A stretch of 11,608 nt of DNA from Promethearchaeota archaeon (GTDB lineage Archaea > Asgardarchaeota > Lokiarchaeia > Sigyniarchaeales > SOKP01). The translations under genes were made by a program, and so were the position numbers. Below are positions 8,005-11,608 of this stretch, piece by piece; within the stretch, counting starts at the first letter, position 1; each line of letters opens with the position of its first letter. Where the stretch lies: NCBI GenBank assembly GCA_013375475.1, contig JABXKD010000100.1, positions 1 to 11,608 of the forward strand, read 5' to 3'. Below the pieces are notes generated by a model, which was not told the origin of the DNA, ran no database searches, and saw nothing but the letters and a program-made list of their open reading frames with translations.

Positions 8005-9483
8005 ATGGAAATTTATAATTATATGGGCTACGAACTACTTGAAAAAATAAAGAAAAAAGAAATCACAATACAAGAAGTAGTCCAATCAACATATGATAGA
8101 ATTGAATCAACTGAACAACTTCTTCATTCCTTTGTTAATCTATCAAAAAATAAAACTCTTGAAAAAGCAAAAGAATACGATTTACACCTAAAAAAGAGCA
8201 ATCTTGCAGGAAGGCTCTTTGGATTACCATTTGCAAATAAGGATCTTATCTGTATAGGTGGATTTCCGACTACTTGTGGTTCAAAAATATTGGAAGGGTT
8301 TCGCCCTCCTTATAATGCATTCGTTATTGAACATCTACTAAAAGAAGGGGCAATCCATATAGGTAACACAAATATGGACGAGTTTGCGATGGGAGGATCC
8401 ACAGAAAATAGTTCTTATGGTCCTACTTATAATCCTTGGGACCTATCTAAAGTCCCAGGAGGATCGAGTGGAGGATCTGCTGCAGCTGTTGCTTCAGGTC
8501 AATCTATATTTGCGTTAGGAAGCGATACGGGAGGGAGTATTAGGTGCCCAGCTGCCTTTTGCGGGGTTGTAGGATTAAAACCTACTTATGGCCGAGTATC
8601 ACGCTATGGTTTAGTAGCATTTGCAAATTCACTTGATCAAATCGGTCCAATAACGAAATGCGTTTATGATTCGGCTTTAATTCTTGAGATCATATCAGGT
8701 AAGGATCCTCTAGACTCTACTTCAGTAGATAAGAAAGTAGATAAGTATACGTCAGAATTAAAAGAACCAATTAATAAAAAAGTGCTCGGAATTCCAAAAG
8801 AATTTTTTGGAGAAGGAATCGAAAAAGAAGTGAAAAAATCTGTATATAAATCGATCGAGAAATTAGAAAGTTTAGGAACCACTACAGTTGAGGTTTCAAT
8901 TCCACATCTTGAATACACAATTGCTACATATTACTTGTTATGTATGTGTGAAGCAAGCTCGAATTTAGCTAGATACGACGGATTAAGATATGGAAAAGTC
9001 AGTGATGATCTTTCCAGCGATGTTTATAGTGCGTTTAGTAGAACAAGAGGAGCTAATTTTGGGCCTGAAGTAAGAAGAAGGATTTACTTAGGAACTTATG
9101 CCTTATCAGCAGGATATTATGATATGTTCTATATCAAAGCTTTAAAAGTTAGATCCTTAATTAGAAATGACTTTGTTGAAGCATTTAAGAAATGTGATTC
9201 TCTTGTCTGCCCTACTATGCCTTCTACCGCATTTAAGGTTGGATCTTTAATTGAGGATCCTCTTGAAATGTATACACAAGATATATTAACATGTTCCATC
9301 AATTTAGCTGGGATACCAGCACTTTCGATCCCTTGTGGCTTCGATAGTAATAATTTACCGATAGGTATTCAGATTATTGGAGATTACTTCGATGAAAATG
9401 GAATTCTTAATATTGCTTATCAGCTTGAACAAGAGTTAGGTATTTACCGAAAAACTCCACCATTAAAAGCTGGAGGTAGCTAA
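8005..9483 (+). CDS. gatA: Asp/Glu-tRNA amidotransferase subunit A
   Basis: Amidase signature NKD, TNMDEFAMG, PGGSSGGSAAAVA, LGSDTGGSIRCPA, GLKPTYGRVSRYGL; GatA-specific SSNLARYDGLRYG and FGPEVRRRI..GTYALSAGYYD. Confidence 0.97.
   Translation: MEIYNYMGYELLEKIKKKEITIQEVVQSTYDRIESTEQLLHSFVNLSKNKTLEKAKEYDLHLKKSNLAGRLFGLPFANKDLICIGGFPTTCGSKILEGFRPPYNAFVIEHLLKEGAIHIGNTNMDEFAMGGSTENSSYGPTYNPWDLSKVPGGSSGGSAAAVASGQSIFALGSDTGGSIRCPAAFCGVVGLKPTYGRVSRYGLVAFANSLDQIGPITKCVYDSALILEIISGKDPLDSTSVDKKVDKYTSELKEPINKKVLGIPKEFFGEGIEKEVKKSVYKSIEKLESLGTTTVEVSIPHLEYTIATYYLLCMCEASSNLARYDGLRYGKVSDDLSSDVYSAFSRTRGANFGPEVRRRIYLGTYALSAGYYDMFYIKALKVRSLIRNDFVEAFKKCDSLVCPTMPSTAFKVGSLIEDPLEMYTQDILTCSINLAGIPALSIPCGFDSNNLPIGIQIIGDYFDENGILNIAYQLEQELGIYRKTPPLKAGGS
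9472..9477 (+). promoter_or_regulatory. Shine-Dalgarno site for gatB within the gatA 3' end
   Basis: GGAGGT, 7 nt before CTG 9485. Confidence 0.75.
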
Positions 9484-9484
9484 T

Positions 9485-10939
9485 CTGAGTAATCAAGACA
9501 ATAAGGTAATTATTGGATTAGAAGTCCACATTCAATTAACAACTCTAAAAACAAAACTTTTTTGCAGTTGTAGTAATGATTATCGTGGTGCAGATCCTAA
9601 CACTTTTGTTTGCCCTATTTGTTTAGGTTTACCCGGGTCCCTTCCAGTAATAAATGAAAAAACCATCGAATTTGCTACTAGATTAGCTTTGGCTTTAGAG
9701 TGTGATATTAACCACCAATTCTGGTTTTTTAGAAAGAACTATCACTATCCAGACCTACCCAAAGGATTTCAGATTAGTCAATACAATAAAGCGGGAGGAA
9801 AAGCATTTGCTGATGGTGGTAAAATTACAGTTAGATTAAATAATCATAAGAGGGATATCAAATTAAATAGAATCCATCTCGAGGAAGATCCAGCTAGGTT
9901 AGTTCATAAGGGAAGTATAGCAACTTCGCCATTTACTTTAGTAGATTATAATCGTTCTGGTGTTTGTCTAATTGAAATAGTAACCGAGCCTGTAATTAGC
10001 TCACCAGAGGAAGCGAGAGAATTTTTAAACCAACTGAAATCAATTGTTCAATATACAGGAATTTCAAACCTAGAACTGGAGGGTTCAGTTAGGGTCGACG
10101 CTAACATATCGATAAAAGGTCACAAGCGAAGCGAAGTAAAAAATATTAATAGCTTTAGAGAAGTTGAACGCGCGTTAAGGCACGAAATAATAAGGCAGAA
10201 AAACGCAATTAAACGGGGGAAGGTTTTAATTCAGGAGACAAGACATTGGGACGACAAAACAAAAATTACTATATCACTACGATCAAAAGAATTTGAAGAG
10301 GATTATCGATATTTTCCCGAACAAGACTTAGTTCCAATTGAAATTGGGGATGAATTTATTCAGGAAGTAAAAGGGAACCTTCCAGAAATGCCAAATGAAA
10401 GAGCTCAGAGACTTCGTAGAGAATATATGCTATCTGAGTTCGACTCAGAAAATTTAGTTTTAGATAAACGCATTGCTGATTTTTACGAAGAAGGTGCCAA
10501 TGCAGATCCATCCTTTGGATCCTCAGAATATAAACAATATTGCAATTGGTTAATGAATAATATCTCTGGCTGGTTAAATGAGAACAATACAACAATTGAT
10601 AAAACTGGAATTACTCCTAAGCATTTGGAAGATGTAATCAAATATATAAGAGATGGCAAAATCACTACTAAAATAGCCAAGAGTTTTGTAAATGATATAA
10701 TGCAGGGGAAGTCTATTTCACAAATTATTAAAGAGCGAGGTAAAACGCGCCTTTCTGATGAAAAACTCATTGAAAAGCATTGTAGAGATGTGATTGAAGA
10801 AAATCCACAGATCGTTGAAGATTATCTCAAAAATCCAAAAGCTTTAGAGGCTTTAATAGGTAGGGTCATGGCAAAAACCAGAGGACAGGCTGATCCGGCG
10901 ATAACAAGAAATTTAATGTTAGGATTATTGAAAAAATAA
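9485..10939 (+). CDS. gatB: Asp/Glu-tRNA amidotransferase subunit B (484 aa, probable CTG start)
   Basis: In-frame extension upstream of the ORF-track start (9689) encodes the conserved IGLEVHIQL..KTKLFCSC and PNTFVCPICLGLPGSLPV; then RKNYHYPDLPKGFQISQ, IHLEED, DYNRSG..LIEIVTEP, RVDANIS, EVKNINS, RSKE..DYRYFPE and a C-terminal Yqey-like tail. Too short for GatE. Confidence 0.96.
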   Translation: MSNQDNKVIIGLEVHIQLTTLKTKLFCSCSNDYRGADPNTFVCPICLGLPGSLPVINEKTIEFATRLALALECDINHQFWFFRKNYHYPDLPKGFQISQYNKAGGKAFADGGKITVRLNNHKRDIKLNRIHLEEDPARLVHKGSIATSPFTLVDYNRSGVCLIEIVTEPVISSPEEAREFLNQLKSIVQYTGISNLELEGSVRVDANISIKGHKRSEVKNINSFREVERALRHEIIRQKNAIKRGKVLIQETRHWDDKTKITISLRSKEFEEDYRYFPEQDLVPIEIGDEFIQEVKGNLPEMPNERAQRLRREYMLSEFDSENLVLDKRIADFYEEGANADPSFGSSEYKQYCNWLMNNISGWLNENNTTIDKTGITPKHLEDVIKYIRDGKITTKIAKSFVNDIMQGKSISQIIKERGKTRLSDEKLIEKHCRDVIEENPQIVEDYLKNPKALEALIGRVMAKTRGQADPAITRNLMLGLLKK

Positions 10940-10967
10940 TTAGAAAGTAGAGAAATTGCTAGCTTAT

Positions 10968-11324
10968 TTACAGATATTCTCTAAGAACTTCTACTGCAGC
11001 CCCTAATTTCAGATTAATGATACCAAGTTTTGCGTCAGTAGTAGCAATTATTGTCAAAATACTTCCTTTAATCTCCGAAAATAATATCCTTCCTTTAGCA
11101 CTTTCAATTATTGCGTTATAAAACTGCCCTTGCTCAAGTTCTTTTGTTGCTCTTTGAGAAGCTTTTAGGATAAGAGTAACCATAGCAGCGACCGCTTCTG
11201 GATCGACCCAACCAGGTAAAGCACTACCTTTAATTAAACCAAATTTCTCGATAATTGCTGCACCATGAACTCCTTTTATCGTCTTAAGGCTTTCCAGAAC
11301 CTCCTGAATCCTTCCTTCACTCAT
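10968..11324 (-). CDS. Roadblock/LC7 (MglB-like) domain protein
   Basis: 118 aa with the roadblock pattern: helix-GVHGAAII..GLIKGSALP, EAVAAMVTLI..SQRATKELEQG, IIESAKGRILF, LTIIAT.DAKLGII. Confidence 0.85.
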   Translation of the reverse strand: MSEGRIQEVLESLKTIKGVHGAAIIEKFGLIKGSALPGWVDPEAVAAMVTLILKASQRATKELEQGQFYNAIIESAKGRILFSEIKGSILTIIATTDAKLGIINLKLGAAVEVLREYL

Positions 11325-11608
11325 TCAACTCATCAAAATTTTTGTATTTAGAATTATTAGAATAATCTTGTTATTGATATTTAACATTTAATATTATTTA
11401 AGTATAGAAATATTGGATTTGTATAAAAAAGTAAAATTATTAAAAAAAAGTGGGTTATGCCCGTAAATCAGAAAATTTTTCATTTCAGTATAAAATAAGA
11501 TTATGTAATAATATATAGTAATAGTTAACCGAAAATTGCATATACATGTCAAGAAAAATTGATAAAGATATCGAGCAGTATTATGCAGACAGAGCATATG
11601 AATATGAT

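Noticed and set aside
9484-9688. Apparent 205-bp gatA-gatB gap or truncated gatB pseudogene
   Set aside because: The region is an intact in-frame GatB N-terminus; the gap is an artefact of start-codon rules.
8664-10770. Minus-strand ORFs 8664-8918, 10356-10595, 10483-10770
   Set aside because: Antisense shadows of gatA/gatB.
11394-11597. 67-aa minus-strand ORF
   Set aside because: F/Y/I/N-rich composition typical of translated AT-rich intergenic DNA; no SD or motif.
1-11608. tRNA/rRNA genes, CRISPR arrays, IS elements
   Set aside because: No GC-rich structured segments, repeat-spacer arrays or transposase/integrase ORFs seen by eye; a covariance-model search was not possible.

Overview
AT-rich archaeal chromosomal window. 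The gene set (archaeal-type FolP, 2-phosphoglycerate kinase, pyruvoyl arginine decarboxylase, Roadblock/LC7 protein) and GGTGA-type ribosome-binding sites suggest an Asgard/Lokiarchaeia-like origin; this is inference, not established. Gene order: folP(-) divergent from a CofE/FolC2-family gamma-glutamyl ligase(+); 2-phosphoglycerate kinase(+); about 490 bp non-coding; an unannotated 42-aa Trp/acidic micro-ORF(+); deoxyhypusine synthase-like gene(-) divergent from pdaD(+); asnS(+); MBL-fold hydrolase(-) divergent from gatA-gatB(+); Roadblock/LC7(-). I saw no RNA genes, CRISPR arrays or mobile elements. Most notable: (1) the micro-protein, with its own RBS and poly-T terminator, resembling Sem1/DSS1 and WCA acidic motifs; (2) two genes that appear to start at non-canonical codons (CTG for gatB, ATA for the MBL hydrolase); (3) a folP/CofE-like pair suggesting an alternative folate glutamylation route; (4) a DHS-like/arginine decarboxylase pair suggesting an agmatine-based polyamine or aIF5A pathway; (5) AsnRS near GatAB with no recognisable gatC.
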